From NCBI GenBank assembly GCA_051530055.1, contig CM121342.1, positions 10,803,480 through 10,867,479 of the forward strand: 64,000 nt of DNA, given 5' to 3'. This stretch comes from Neoechinorhynchus agilis. Lineage: Eukaryota > Animalia > Acanthocephala. Positions 47,942 through 59,650 of the stretch are shown piece by piece. The notes beneath the pieces were generated by a model. That model saw nothing but the letters and a program-made list of their open reading frames with translations. It had not been told where the DNA came from and did not search any database. Within the stretch, counting starts at the first letter, position 1. Every line of letters starts with the position of its first letter. The position numbers were made by a program, and so were the translations under genes.

Positions 47942-48095
47942 TAACCAAATGCCTCGTCATCTAATTAGTGACATGCATGAATGGATTATTGAGATTCCTA
48001 CTGTCCCTGTCTGCAGCCTAGCGAAACCACAGCCGAGGGAACGGGCTTGGAGAGTAACAGCGGGGAAAGAAGACCCTGCTGAGCTTGACTGTCTA
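47942..48095 (+). rRNA. 28S rRNA pseudogene fragment (~150 nt)
   Basis: taaccaaatgcctcgtcatctaattagtgac..atgaatggatt..gagattcc.actgtccct..tagcgaaaccacagcc.agggaacgggcttgg..cggggaaagaagaccctg.tgagcttgac; several substitutions at normally invariant positions. Confidence 0.9.
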
Positions 48096-49310
48096 GCATA
48101 ACTAGGAACAGAAACGTTTGAATGCTTCATGATAAAATCCACAGTAGGGACAGAGTGGGACAACGGATGTTTTGGGGCAGCTACTCTTATTGTGAGGGCC
48201 ACTGCAATTCATGCATTTGACAGAATTCTGGCAAACCCCATCCGTGTTTGACCAAAATAGACTATATTGAGGATTGCACCTTTTCGATTCAACTTCCGAA
48301 ACTTTTAATGTGTGTCTTTGTATACTTTCTTCGGTCGTCGATTTGAGTAAGTCTTCTGTTTGATCCTTTTAAGCTCTCTTTGCAGTATGTTCCAAAATTT
48401 CGTTACCGTCGTGCTTTTTCTTTGGAATTTTCTGTCAAGTAATTCAATAAATATTTCAGGTAATGATATCTTGAAAATATTACCCCTTTGATAGTTTGTA
48501 TAAAGTTTTCGGCGTGCTTTCCCTGCCATGAATCTTCGATTGCTGATCGTGTCTCTTTTGGAACGACATAATGTCTTCAATGTTTATCAGTTCCTTATTT
48601 GCCTAAAGATCAGAAATTGTAGCATTCGTTTTTGACTTTTCGACAATAACATTTACTCCGGCCGTTTCGCTCTTTTTATTGAGGATCAAAGAAAGATTAT
48701 TTAATTTGTGAACGTATGAGCATTTCTTGCATCCTAAACGAACATTCATCTTTTATTTTCATTATTTATCACATACTTTGTCTTATATCGAGGATTGCAT
48801 TCAAGTGGTTGGATATGTTGTTGTTTTGGTAGCTTGTCGACACCCGTGGGAGATCGTTGAAGACGAATGTATATTTCGACTGATTGAATCAGTCATTGTC
48901 AATAGAGGAATTTGCCACAAACACATACCACATGATTGTTCGTTCACATCTTCCAAAATTCAAATCACTGCCAATGCTAAATAGATAATGACGTTTTATT
49001 AGGTTCCCTGAACTGAATCGGCTATTATTGAGTGGGCTACTAATGCAAACAGCTTTTCAAATACTTGACCGATTAATGGCGATTTTATGCTTTAAGCATT
49101 GCTTTATTAGTATATCAACGTTATCGCTCTATTTTACCATCAAGGAGCAAATCAAATAATCGAGCGTAAAAGCAAAATTTTATTTCAAGGTACAGAAAAC
49201 CGATTCGTTTAAATTTACCATTTTCGTCTAAGTCGTGAATTGTTATTGTGACTCAAAACATAAATATAAATCATTTATTAACGACAAATATCCACAACTC
49301 TGCAGATTGC

Positions 49311-51851
49311 TTAAAGATAATATAAAAGATCATGCAAACGTTGGTGCGGCTCTCTTTTAAAACAGGTTCCTGCCATGTATGCCAGTTTGTGGGCGTATTG
49401 GCACATTGCTGGCACTCTGATCGCTCCTGACCAATTGAAATACATATGGCACAGCTTAAAGGAAAATTGCTGAACCTCGTCCATCGAGAACTTGTTTTTA
49501 TCTGCCAAGATGTTGAAGTGACTCGGCGTGGCTGAACCTTGAGTAACTTGCTGTGGCACAAGATAAAAATCCCTCCATCGTTCCATTGTCAAAATTCTGT
49601 CCACAACAAGACCACCATCAGGATTAGCCATAGGTTTGTTTGAGCTGCCCAATGTAAAGAATCGGGAATTGATTCGCTTCTTAACCACAATGTACGTGAG
49701 CTTTGGTCTCGGTGCTTCGTCTTCATTTGATCCAACGACCATACTCATCGCCATGAGGATTTGTTGACACTCACTCATCCCAATGTAACCGAGCTGGCCG
49801 TCACCAATTCCGTCGCGGTAAACAACAATGGATGTTGGAACTCTGTTGCCATTGTGATTTTTGTACCGGTTAATCGCTTCCGCTAAGCACATCGTCAGAC
49901 AAGTCACCAATTCTTGTCCCGGAGATTGAGTGAAACATCGAGAGTAACATTTTGAAAAAGTCGAATTTAAAGAACAAACTACGGCTGAAATTGAAGCCAT
50001 TTTGGAATGATAGCAGTCGATACCAATCACCATCGCGTCTCTAAATGACTCTCCGAATCCACCAGATACAGACCACGGTTCACTTCCTGTTTTACATCCG
50101 ATCTGAATTCCAATCTTTGCCATGATTGGCACTTTGCACTCCCGGAAGTTCTTCTCTTTGATGAATTGACTAGGAACTCCGTATCCCATCGATAAACAAC
50201 CCTTCATAGTTGTATAAAAGCCGGTGCTGCAGTAGTTGCTCATCAAAATAACAACCATTTCGGCTCTATCAACGTCATTTTCTTCTAAGACTCGCTGAAC
50301 AGCAGCGATAACATTCTGTCCTCTTGTCGGATAAGTTCTCACTCGTGGCTCGTCAGGAAAAATACGAAGAGTCCTCATTACTGAGTTCAGCGATGAGAGG
50401 AAATTGTCTACTCGGATACCTTCCGGTACGAGAATCAACCATCGTTTCAATGCTTCCGGATGGAAAAGCGATTTTTGCCCCATATCACGCCACGTAAACC
50501 GAACACATCCACGAGGATCTCCAGGCTGTGGTTCGTTCAAATATCGTGCTTCAACTATCTCTGGATCTCTTGATATTTTCAAAGGAAAGTGGCGTGAAGT
50601 GTCCACCGTGGTCAGTCTTTGTAATACATTTCTAATGTATTGCATTCTAAATTGAGGAATCGTCTCCCGGCAAACGACTCTCATCATTCTCGATCTTTCA
50701 ACTGGGCTAACCCGATCCAGTCCTGCTATTTGACAGAATTCAGGAATAAGATGAATCTCCTTCTTGTTCCCATCTTTGTCCTTTACCCTTGCTGTAAGTA
50801 ATGGAAGGCGCGGGTTATGTATTTGTAGGTGATATCGTTCTCGATAATAATCAATAAAGTTAATTTGCCGATTATCGTCTGCAGTGAATCTGCATGTGGA
50901 GTCACAATTAAAATCAACGTCCGTTATACGATAAAATCGATTGTTGTAAGAAGTCATGACCGAAGATCCAACTACTTCGTCGATAAGATGTTTACGTCCA
51001 TAATTTGATCCAAGCTCGAGGCGATTCATTATTGCCGATACCATGTTCTTATTTACTATTTTGTTAATCCTGTCAATACAAAGCATCAAGCGTCCGCCTT
51101 TTCGAGGCAAAATCGATGCTTTTATTCCTGGGAATATCTGGAAACCTTCTATTTCTCTACGTCCATCTGAAGACATGTCAAACATATTCCGCTGGATCGT
51201 CTTGAAACCGACTTCGTTCAATCGTCCTCGAAGGATGAGACCGAGTATTGCAATAAACGGCTCAGTTCCAGGTACCGTTTCGCCAGTTGCCTCAAGCTTT
51301 ACTTTGTATTTTACATTTCGAAACTGAATGTCCGAATATTCAAGGATTTCAGGTTTATGAGCCAAGTGGATTGATTGACCGGTAAAACTAAAGACTTGGT
51401 TATTCCAGTTTGTTCTTGATACAATCTTAAGAACCTTGCTTTTGACCATCTTTGATTCACATGGTGGTTCGATCTCAACAGCGAAATTAAAAATCTTGTA
51501 ATGCGGAACGCTGTCAACTTTAAAGTAGTTGCTTACAACCCGCGTCTTTGATCCACTTGTTCCATAATCTTGGATCCGCTCATCGTCTACAACAGATAAG
51601 ACTTCATTGATCTCAGATGCCAATATTAGTCGCTGTCTTCGGTTGTGCCCGCCATTCCCAGTTGATTGTAGGGGTTGGTTTCCTTCGTCGGACCGTTCAT
51701 TTAAATTTATTCTCGCAAAGTCAATATCTCGAGCTGACCTTACATTGTTTCTCCTTGGACCAAAACCACTGGGCCTTCTCTCACGCCCTCGTCTATTGTT
51801 TGGACGTTCGCTAGGAGGTCCTCTATAACAGTTACGTCCACGATATGCCAT
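49311..51851 (-). CDS. piwi: PIWI-clade Argonaute, 846 aa, intronless (copy 3)
   Basis: Eight amino-acid differences from copy 1 (R>H, P>A, L>R, A>E, M>V, T>A, I>M, Y>F); DEDH intact. Confidence 0.97.
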   Translation of the reverse strand: MAYRGRNCYRGPPSERPNNRRGRERRPSGFGPRRNNVRSARDIDFARINLNERSDEGNQPLQSTGNGGHNRRQRLILASEINEVLSVVDDERIQDYGTSGSKTRVVSNYFKVDSVPHYKIFNFAVEIEPPCESKMVKSKVLKIVSRTNWNNQVFSFTGQSIHLAHKPEILEYSDIQFRNVKYKVKLEATGETVPGTEPFIAILGLILRGRLNEVGFKTIQRNMFDMSSDGRREIEGFQIFPGIKASILPRKGGRLMLCIDRINKIVNKNMVSAIMNRLELGSNYGRKHLIDEVVGSSVMTSYNNRFYRITDVDFNCDSTCRFTADDNRQINFIDYYRERYHLQIHNPRLPLLTARVKDKDGNKKEIHLIPEFCQIAGLDRVSPVERSRMMRVVCRETIPQFRMQYIRNVLQRLTTVDTSRHFPLKISRDPEIVEARYLNEPQPGDPRGCVRFTWRDMGQKSLFHPEALKRWLILVPEGIRVDNFLSSLNSVMRTLRIFPDEPRVRTYPTRGQNVIAAVQRVLEENDVDRAEMVVILMSNYCSTGFYTTMKGCLSMGYGVPSQFIKEKNFRECKVPIMAKIGIQIGCKTGSEPWSVSGGFGESFRDAMVIGIDCYHSKMASISAVVCSLNSTFSKCYSRCFTQSPGQELVTCLTMCLAEAINRYKNHNGNRVPTSIVVYRDGIGDGQLGYIGMSECQQILMAMSMVVGSNEDEAPRPKLTYIVVKKRINSRFFTLGSSNKPMANPDGGLVVDRILTMERWRDFYLVPQQVTQGSATPSHFNILADKNKFSMDEVQQFSFKLCHMYFNWSGAIRVPAMCQYAHKLAYMAGTCFKREPHQRLHDLLYYL

Positions 51852-52949
51852 CTAAAAGTTTAACAAGAAATGAGAAACTCTTTTAGTCAATAAATTTCCG
51901 GCTCATTTCGAAATATAACTGTAACATTTTCGGTGTGGACGTTCAGAAGCCAAATAAAATAATCTATTGGTCTCAATTGTAGTGATTATTCAAGTTTCCG
52001 CTTCGATTAAAAGGTACAAATGTTAAATTGCCACTTCAAAAATATTTCTTAATCGTAGGTGAAAAACTAATCCATTTTATCTGCTTTAGAAATAGCGAGG
52101 ACTGAAGATATTGTACAGAAGCTTTTAAGAGTATTCTATTACAACGGACGGCAAAAGTGAGATTTGATTAAAACTTTTATCGTGATATCCTCCTAAGAAT
52201 GAATTATTGGACGGATGCATAGATACCGACGGCAATGGAAGGAAATCCAGCACAAAAAAGATTTTAAGATTAATCTACATTTCATCTTTTAGGCGTTATT
52301 CATCGCAGCGTTATTTAGAAGAGAATTTTCATTGACCGCAATCTAAATTATTGTATGCGATTTACGAAGTTTTTCTTGTACGAAAAGCGCTTGAGGAATG
52401 TAAATCCTAACGCGTAAAAGATTCAAACAGGAACATAAAAACCTTTTTTTAAGGACGTATAGAATCCGCTTTTAGAATCCAAAATGTATTGCCTTACAAA
52501 AAAGGTGATCTGATTAATCTGGAGCAATTTTCTTGCAAAGCTACCTATAAATATTTCCGAGAATGGGTACTGTGCTTTTGGGAATATTGATTGTTGTCGG
52601 TGTTACCTCAAGAATGCATAATAATTTGGGCCGAAAAAAGATTATTGCGGACGAGATGAAAGGTTGATCGACTACCTTCATATGGTTTATTATTGTTGCA
52701 TTTATCGGCTTAACGAATGCTCAAGACAAAAGTTACTTTGTTTCGAAATAACGTCAACTTTCTAAAGAGTGATTATTACAAATGTGTACGATCTTAAAGG
52801 AAAACACACGAGAATACGAAAAGTAAGAATATTGATAGATATTTTTTCCCTACAACACACAGTCCACCGATTTCGGTCTGGGAAGCGCTGGTCTGCGCTC
52901 ACTGCCCCAAGGCCGTACGGTTATAAGTTTGTAAGAATCCCTACGGATC

Positions 52950-53013
52950 CTCAGATACCTCCAGGAAGCGGGACTCATCAGTGAGTTTTATCCCTTCAGC
53001 AGTATTTCGTCTC
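52950..53013 (-). ncRNA. Candidate permuted hammerhead (copy E, duplicate of copy A), inside the 52764-53049 insertion
   Basis: GAGAC GAAA UACUG ... CUCA CUGAUGA GUCCC ... GGUAU C UGAG. Confidence 0.65.
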
Positions 53014-53392
53014 AAAAGACTACCGGCTGAGCCACATATAAAAATTCTAAAAAGTTACTTTGTTTCGAAATTACGTCAACTTTCTCGCCTTTGTGTATCT
53101 TGTTGATTAAGAAGCGATGGATTGATATAAAAATAATATTTGACAGCAAAAATTGTGGCTAAAAAGAATTTGCTAGAATTGCTATATTTGAGATCCTTTT
53201 TTAAAGGAAGTTTAATTCGTTTGTATCGCGTTTCTATCCATCCACATTTAATGCCGCCGAAAGATTGGCGTTGAGCATTTCTTTGATTTCCACATGAATG
53301 CTTCTTTTGTCGAGTAACTTCTTCAAGTCTCAATTTTTCCTTAATTCATGTTCACGTCAAGTATTAGGAAATATTACTGAACGGAAAATTTG

Positions 53393-53780
53393 AGAATAAC
53401 ATATTGGAACCAAACCACCTATGCCGCTCCGACGGAAAGCGTCCCGATGGTATGACTATATTTCCATGGAAGGAAAATGTCTCATCTGGGACGCGACGTG
53501 TGTCGATTCGCTGGAGCCCTCCAACCAAAGTGATGCTTCGTCCATAACGGGAGGGGCAGCGGCCGAAAGGAGGAAGATGACAAAATACCTGGAGTCGAGC
53601 AAGTCTCACATCTTCCTTCCTTTCGGGGTGGAAACGAAAGGGGGTATTCGATGAGTCAGCTCTCAAATTCTGCGCCGAGCTGGGGAAACTCATGATTAAG
53701 GCCACAGGGGATCGCAATCAAAGGTCATACCTAATTAAAAAAATCAGCATGGCCATGCAATGAGGGAATACGGCCAGCGT
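53393..53780 (+). mobile_element. CRE-like REL fragment (duplicate of 19380-19770)
   Basis: RSDGKRPDGMTIFPW / GKCLIWDATCVDSL. Confidence 0.8.
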
Positions 53781-54089
53781 CAGAGGCACGGCTCCCTCGT
53801 GTGGAGTCGAAAAATGCAAAATTAACAACTGACGGTTCTTGCTACAGATCCATAAATTCGTTATTTTTCCTTCCTAACAAATTTTTGTCACTAAACCAAA
53901 ATTTGCCACTGTTTCATTAAAATTCTAAGGGTTACGAAGATTTTCATTTATTTCCCATTGCCAAAATAATCAAAACAAATTTAACATTATCTGCTCTTAG
54001 GGCGAATAATTTAAGTAATTCGATTTAACCGGTTACGATTTGGTCAAATTATTCTACAAAGGTTTTCATTCAGCAAACGTTTTTGTTTT

Positions 54090-54450
54090 AAAAGCGAAAT
54101 ATTTCCGTACACCTTGGAAAGCACGACGATGCTTCATGTTCCACTCTCAGGTCCTCCCCTTTTAATCAACTCGTATAATAATTGGCATTAAAATTGCAAC
54201 TTGAGGATAAATTAATTCAAGAAATTTACGGTCCCTAGGAATGATCGCAACTCTTCTTTAATGGACGGTTGAGGTAACGCCAAAATTGCTTCTATTTTCC
54301 CGACATTCGTTTGAACACAATCGCGGTGTAATTTAAGACCAATAAACTCGATGGACTCACCTCTCGCTATTTAGTTTCAATCCCGCTTAGTCAAATTCAA
54401 CTGAAAACGTGGGACAAATTTGAGGCCCGCATTCATCTGGACATCTATTT
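54090..54450 (-). mobile_element. Degenerate Ty3/Gypsy RT-RNase H connection fragment
   Basis: AGLKLN..GKIEAILALPQPSIKEELRSFLGTVNF..LYELIK..EWNMKHRRAFQ across frameshifts. Confidence 0.6.
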
Positions 54451-55299
54451 TGAAAATATGGTCTTCCAACTCCATCCTGTGGTGGATATCCGATATCGAT
54501 TGAGTTCTCTTTAGTCATCAATGCTATTCCTCGATCGACAACAAGATTTGAGATTATAAACTCGCGGGCACTTAAACCACTCCCTATTTTTCACCGGTCA
54601 GATTTGTTCATCGGGTTCCATTCAACATCGTCCACGTTGGAGTTCTTGATGCTTCGATTTTTAATATAGTTTACGCCGTTGTTGAGGAATCTGATAGCCT
54701 CAATTTCATTCTGTTGAGTAATTGTCGAATCCGTTGGAAGTTCTCGACTCACCGGTCTACCCTTCCATTCGAATGCTTCACATATTTTAATCGCAGCGCT
54801 GAATTACCGCTATGCCATTTGTAGGGTTATGTTTCGCACTTCTTCGTGTAGCGCTTGGTAGACCTTTAAAAAGACTTGTTTAGGTATCCGAATTTATGTG
54901 TGCTTAGAAATGGACGCGGGGTTATTTACTGCGATTAGAACATTACAGTAACTTTTGCGATTTTGCCTTGATTTTAGAATCATGTTTCGTAGATTACAAT
55001 GATTCGGTGGACTTTCTTGAAATGGTTGCCTTGTACTTTGATACGAATGATTGCTAATCTTTATGGAAGTAGAAGTTAAAAGCCGGTTACGCAAAAATCA
55101 TGGACATGAGCCTAGGCATTCAAGATCGGCTTGATAGAGTTCGAGGCAGGGAGTTTGGATTTATGGCATACTGGAACTGAATCTATTCACGATTTTGTGC
55201 GAACACTATGCTTAAAGTGTTACGAATGGGGCCGTACCGGATTTCGGTGTAGAAGGGGGAGGTGAGGTGTGTTATTTGCTCGAGAAACCATTCCAAAAA

Positions 55300-56630
55300 T
55301 CAATGAACGGATATAGCAATAAAAAGATGTGTTAATTGCGGAGGAAATGACAAGGCGTTTAAACGATGGCGCACCTTTAAACCCAAGAAGCCTGAAGAAA
55401 ATAACGAATGGTTTAATAGAAGTCGTGTTCGGGAGTACATGCCTACATTAGAAGTAGATCCTCCTGTTTCGAGAGACGAAAGGATCCATGATAATATTAA
55501 AATAATTGAGGCATTAGAGGCCATGATCAAACAAATTCAGTTTTTAACTGAACGAATAGAAGAAAGAGATAGGGTGATTTCAGAACTGAAGGAAGTTAGT
55601 AATATGATGCGGGAAATTGTCTCTAGTAAATCAGAATTGAAGGAAGAAATAAAGCTTCTGGATGTGAATACAGCAGATGGTGGAAAAACAGATCCGATAA
55701 ATAAGCAGGAATGGGGTTCTAAAAATAATCTTAATCATAATTCCAGCCCGCTAGTTTTTCATGCCATGGATCGACTAAGTAAGATGGGACTCATTTTGTA
55801 GGACAACGGACATAAATAAGAAAAAGTAAATCTTTAGCCAGAATTCGTTTAAGACTTTCATCATCGATATGAGTCTCGAAAATCGGCTGTAGTCCTCTTT
55901 GTGATGGAACTATTGATAAATATTTGTTTTTTGCGATGATTATCAAGATAAGAAATACAATTGAAAAGTTAAAGAGTGAGATAAATAAGGTTATCGCGAC
56001 TTATATCTGGGGCGTCATTCACTGGCAATCTCTAGAATTTCAATATAAATGTAATTTTTATCAAACAAACAGTTTAATAACTTAACGGTAATGAAATGGG
56101 TGGACTGGAAGGTGAGAGCAACGAACTGGATCGGGAGCATTTCATATCCGAAGGTGGTGGAATGCATTTTAGGGCAGCACCTTTTTGGCGTTGCTTCGTT
56201 ACGGTGGATCTGAATAGTTTTCTAAGTTTCTGGAAAGGCTCGGCGTCGATGGCCACGAACTCTATAGATGCTTCCCCCCAAAAATTGACCTCATAGATGA
56301 GAAAATTAAGCGGGTAATTTTGGGGAGGTTGCCTCGTAACATGCTGTTTTCAGATCTATGCAGAATTAATGTTGTTCAGAAAACAATCATCCCAAAAACG
56401 AAAGGAAAAATTGAATCCCCTGTAGACGTGCGTTTCATTTCCATTCAAAACCCCATTGTGTCCTTATTGGAGAAGGTGACGAATTCTGAATTACCGGAGG
56501 TGATAATAAAGAGACGCTTACTCCCACAAAATTTTCATGGGTTTTGTTACAGGATACGGGGTGGATTATCTGCTCATGGACCTAACAAACTTAAAGAAAA
56601 AATATGGGGTATTAATAAGCTTGACTAGCC
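55300..56630 (+). mobile_element. Degenerate LINE (coiled-coil ORF1-like segment + start of RT)
   Basis: Coiled-coil ORF 55439-55801; IPKTKG..VDVRFISI..LLEKV..LLPQNFHGF resembles RT domains 1-2. Confidence 0.55.
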
Positions 56631-57059
56631 ATCAACTCTTGTTTTGTGGGGAAGACAAAAGTAACTTTAATTGTCTCAGAGTAGACACGAAAGAATGGTA
56701 GATCTGAAACGACGACACACAATTGTTCGCCCGTTATCGATCGAACGCGCCCGTCGGGTCACGACCGATCACTCTGTAACATTTCTCCTTCTTCACCTGA
56801 ACAGGTCGTGTCATAATCTTCCAGCCATGCAGGTGGACGTAGTATCCTCGTGTTCCTTCTAAGTCAGCTTGTTGTACTAGGTATCCCTTCCGTTTCACTG
56901 GTTGACTGATTATTCGTTTGCTGTATTCCTGACGATCCCACTGCCTCGGATGTAGCTATTGCTGGTCTCAGATGATCAGCATGCTACCGTTCTAGGCCTA
57001 TTTCGGTCCTGACTTCATAAGAGAGCGGGTCAGTTCGTTTCTCCACCCGACCTGACCCC

Positions 57060-58110
57060 CATCGTCTATCGTGTTGCGTCTTAAACCATACCTGATCATT
57101 GTTCTTGAACTCCCTCCATTTCGAGCACTCGAAGTTGGAGTCCAAAAATCGCCACCGCGGGACTAACTCCGGTCGTCGTATTCGGACAGTTCCTGCAGCT
57201 TAAAAGGAAACTCTGTAGTTGTTTTTCATACTGGGATCGCGGAACACATCTAAACACCCTCTCCTTCACTGTTCGCAACTGTGCAAACGTTTCGGATCGA
57301 AAACTTGGGTCATTATATATGACCACCTTTTTAGGCAAACCGAATCTGCAAAACAGTGGGCGCATATGAGTGATGAAGGTCGTCGCATCCATCGACCTCA
57401 CTTCAATCACTTCTGGCCACTTCGTGAACGCATCTACCACGATGAGTCACATTGTGTTCTCACTGGACCCGCGTAATCTAATCGTTGGTACATCCCAGGG
57501 GATCATATCCACCTCTGGCTGATTCGGTCGACCTTCTTGACACGCCCGACATCGACTCCCATAGTTTTCTATTCATTTGTCCAGCCGTGGCCACCAGACA
57601 TACATCCTTGCCAAAGACTTTATTGACGTCCAGCCTGGATGATCTTGATGTAACACTTTTAGAACATCCTCTCGCAACGCCTCTGGGCTAATCATCCTTC
57701 CAAGCCAAAAAAGAATATTGTTTTCGACCGAGAGTTCGCTCCTTTTCTCGAAATATGTTCGTAAATCGGGAGGAATGACTGTAGGCCACTGCGCCTTGAT
57801 ATACTTGCACACCCGCGCCAGCACCGTATCCTTCTTCAAGCTTCGTTTTAGAACTGCGTTTATGATTCTTGAATCATCACAATCTGTCAGGTCTATCTCT
57901 TCGACAAGACTTTCGACGGTTCCATCTAGCGGTTCCGGCATTCTCGACAAAGCGTCGGCGTACACATTTTCATTTCTCCTAACGTATTCGATCTCATAGT
58001 CGTATTCCACCATGGCAATGGCCCATCTTCGTAACCGATTGCTTCGTATTCAACTCAGTTCTCTACCCGCGCCAAAAATGTGAATCAGAGGTTTATGATC
58101 AGTTGAACAA
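57060..58110 (-). mobile_element. Ty3/Gypsy pol fragment (RNase H end, integrase zinc finger and partial core)
   Basis: TDHKPL..RLRRWA..YDYEIEY..NVYADALSR; LHQDHPG..KSLARMYVWWP; DYAGP..VDAFTKWPEV..LFCRFGLP. Confidence 0.85.
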
Positions 58111-58472
58111 TAAGACGTTTCCGCCTTTCAGGGGAAGGAAACCATATTGTTTTAGCGTTTTTAATAGCTATTTCTAAGGCACGTGGGCACTGTTGTCCTT
58201 GTTACCCTTTGGAAAAGAAAGTTTTTAAACAATAAGACATTTGCGTCTTGCAGGGGAAGGAAATCATATTGTTTTAGTGTTTAAGAGCTATTTCTAAAGC
58301 AGGTGGACACTAATTGTCTTTGTTACCTTCTAGAAAAGAAAGTTTTTAGCGATAAAACGTTTCCGTCTTTCAGTGGAAGGAAAATCACATTGTTGTAGTG
58401 TTTTTAATAGCTATTTCTAAGGCGCGTGGACACTATTGTCCTTGTTACCCTTTGGAAAAGAAAGTTTTTGAA
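58105..58472. repeat. Three tandem copies of a ~120-bp unit
   Basis: gaagg anchor at 58134, 58256 and 58376; shared tagctatttcta, ttgttacc and gaaaagaaagttttt. Confidence 0.9.
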
Positions 58473-59313
58473 CAATTAATTCGAGAATTTGGCACATTAT
58501 CCTTTTTTTCGTTAGATAGAGCAGGAATTGCGTATTTGGAATTTTTTAGAATGAGCCTTATGTGGACTCATTTGAGTACGTTGAGGATTGCCCTCCCGAG
58601 AAGTTGATTGTGATGCATAATATGATTTTTGGCACTTCTTGGAGGATACTAGTGATGGGTTTTAGTAGCGGCCATTGGGAAATATTTTTAAGCGCGTGGG
58701 CACTAGCGAGGGTTGCCTACGCAATCACAACATTTGAATGTTTTGGGCATTGAGACAAGTATTTTTAAATGCAGTTCAGCACAGTACACAATTGGGTGTC
58801 TTATTAAAGAATGAGGCGTAGTGCTTAAATGCATCACGTCTTTGACATAGAACCAATCGGTAATCGTAAATGGAGTCCATCCTTTGCGAATGACAAAATG
58901 CCTCGTTTATTTTTACAAAGTTAATTTGCTACATCCTTATTGGCTGAACATCGAAGCGCGTATCGTGTAGGTGACCAATCACGAGAAAGATTCGTCTTCA
59001 GCTAAATATGTTTGAGTTGTACACCTGAGAAAAGTTATCCTCCTTGATAGGTCTGATGTATTTATTTTCAAATCTTCGCACATATTTTTTAATAATTCTT
59101 TTCCAGTGCTGTCAAAGAAAACGAACATAAAGCATGTTTTCAGGCAAAATTGTTTGCAATATTTTACAATTCGTAAACTCCGAATTATTGGATCAATATC
59201 AGCGATGAAAAAACTTATATATATCGATCAAAAGATTAACGGCTGAGCCACGCATAAAAATTTTAAAATCGGAAAGCTTATCCAAGGCTAAAGTAGCGAA
59301 GTTTGTACATTCT

Positions 59314-59650
59314 GCAGTTGTGGTGAGGTGGTCAAGGGGACTAATGGCATTGATCCCAGTTTAGGGTCAAATGGTTCGAATCCGTTACCGCCAATGACGC
59401 ACAACCAAAGGGAACGAAATACCGCTGAAAGGAGGAGGAAACTCACTGAAGAGTCCCGCCTTTTTGGGAGGTATCCGAGAATCCGGAGGAATGTACAAGC
59501 TCATAACCGTATGGTTCAAGGTATCAAGTGATTTATGCGCTTCCCTGAATCCGATCGGTGGGCTGTGTGCCCAAGGAAAATTATCAGCCGGGGAAAAGGC
59601 CGCACATAGATACTTAATAAAAAAGTTACCGGCTGGCCAGACTTCAAAAA
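59314..59650 (+). mobile_element. Most complete SINE copy (F): tRNA-Ser/Leu-like head, permuted hammerhead (59411-59479), body and tail
   Basis: GCAGTTGTGGTGAGGTGGTCAAGG (A-box/D-arm), CCC-agttta-GGG variable arm and AATGG-TTCGAAT-CCGTT T-arm; then GGAAC GAAA UACC ... CUCA CUGAAGA GUCCC ... GGUAU C CGAG. Confidence 0.75.

Larger units (their letters stand above)
48922..54040. repeat. Segmental duplication copy 3 (PIWI + spacer, no Cys-rich gene)
   Basis: Offset of 44999 from copy 1 over PIWI; spacer matches copy 2 (offset ~34013) up to 20027/54040. Confidence 0.9.

Noticed and set aside
48155-48200. Resemblance to a mitochondrial cytochrome b (WGQMSFWGAT) insert
   Set aside because: The match is short, out of frame and not extended on either side.
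7073-58110. Whole region as a uni-strand piRNA cluster
   Set aside because: TE fragments lie on both strands in similar numbers. A dual-strand cluster cannot be judged without small-RNA data.
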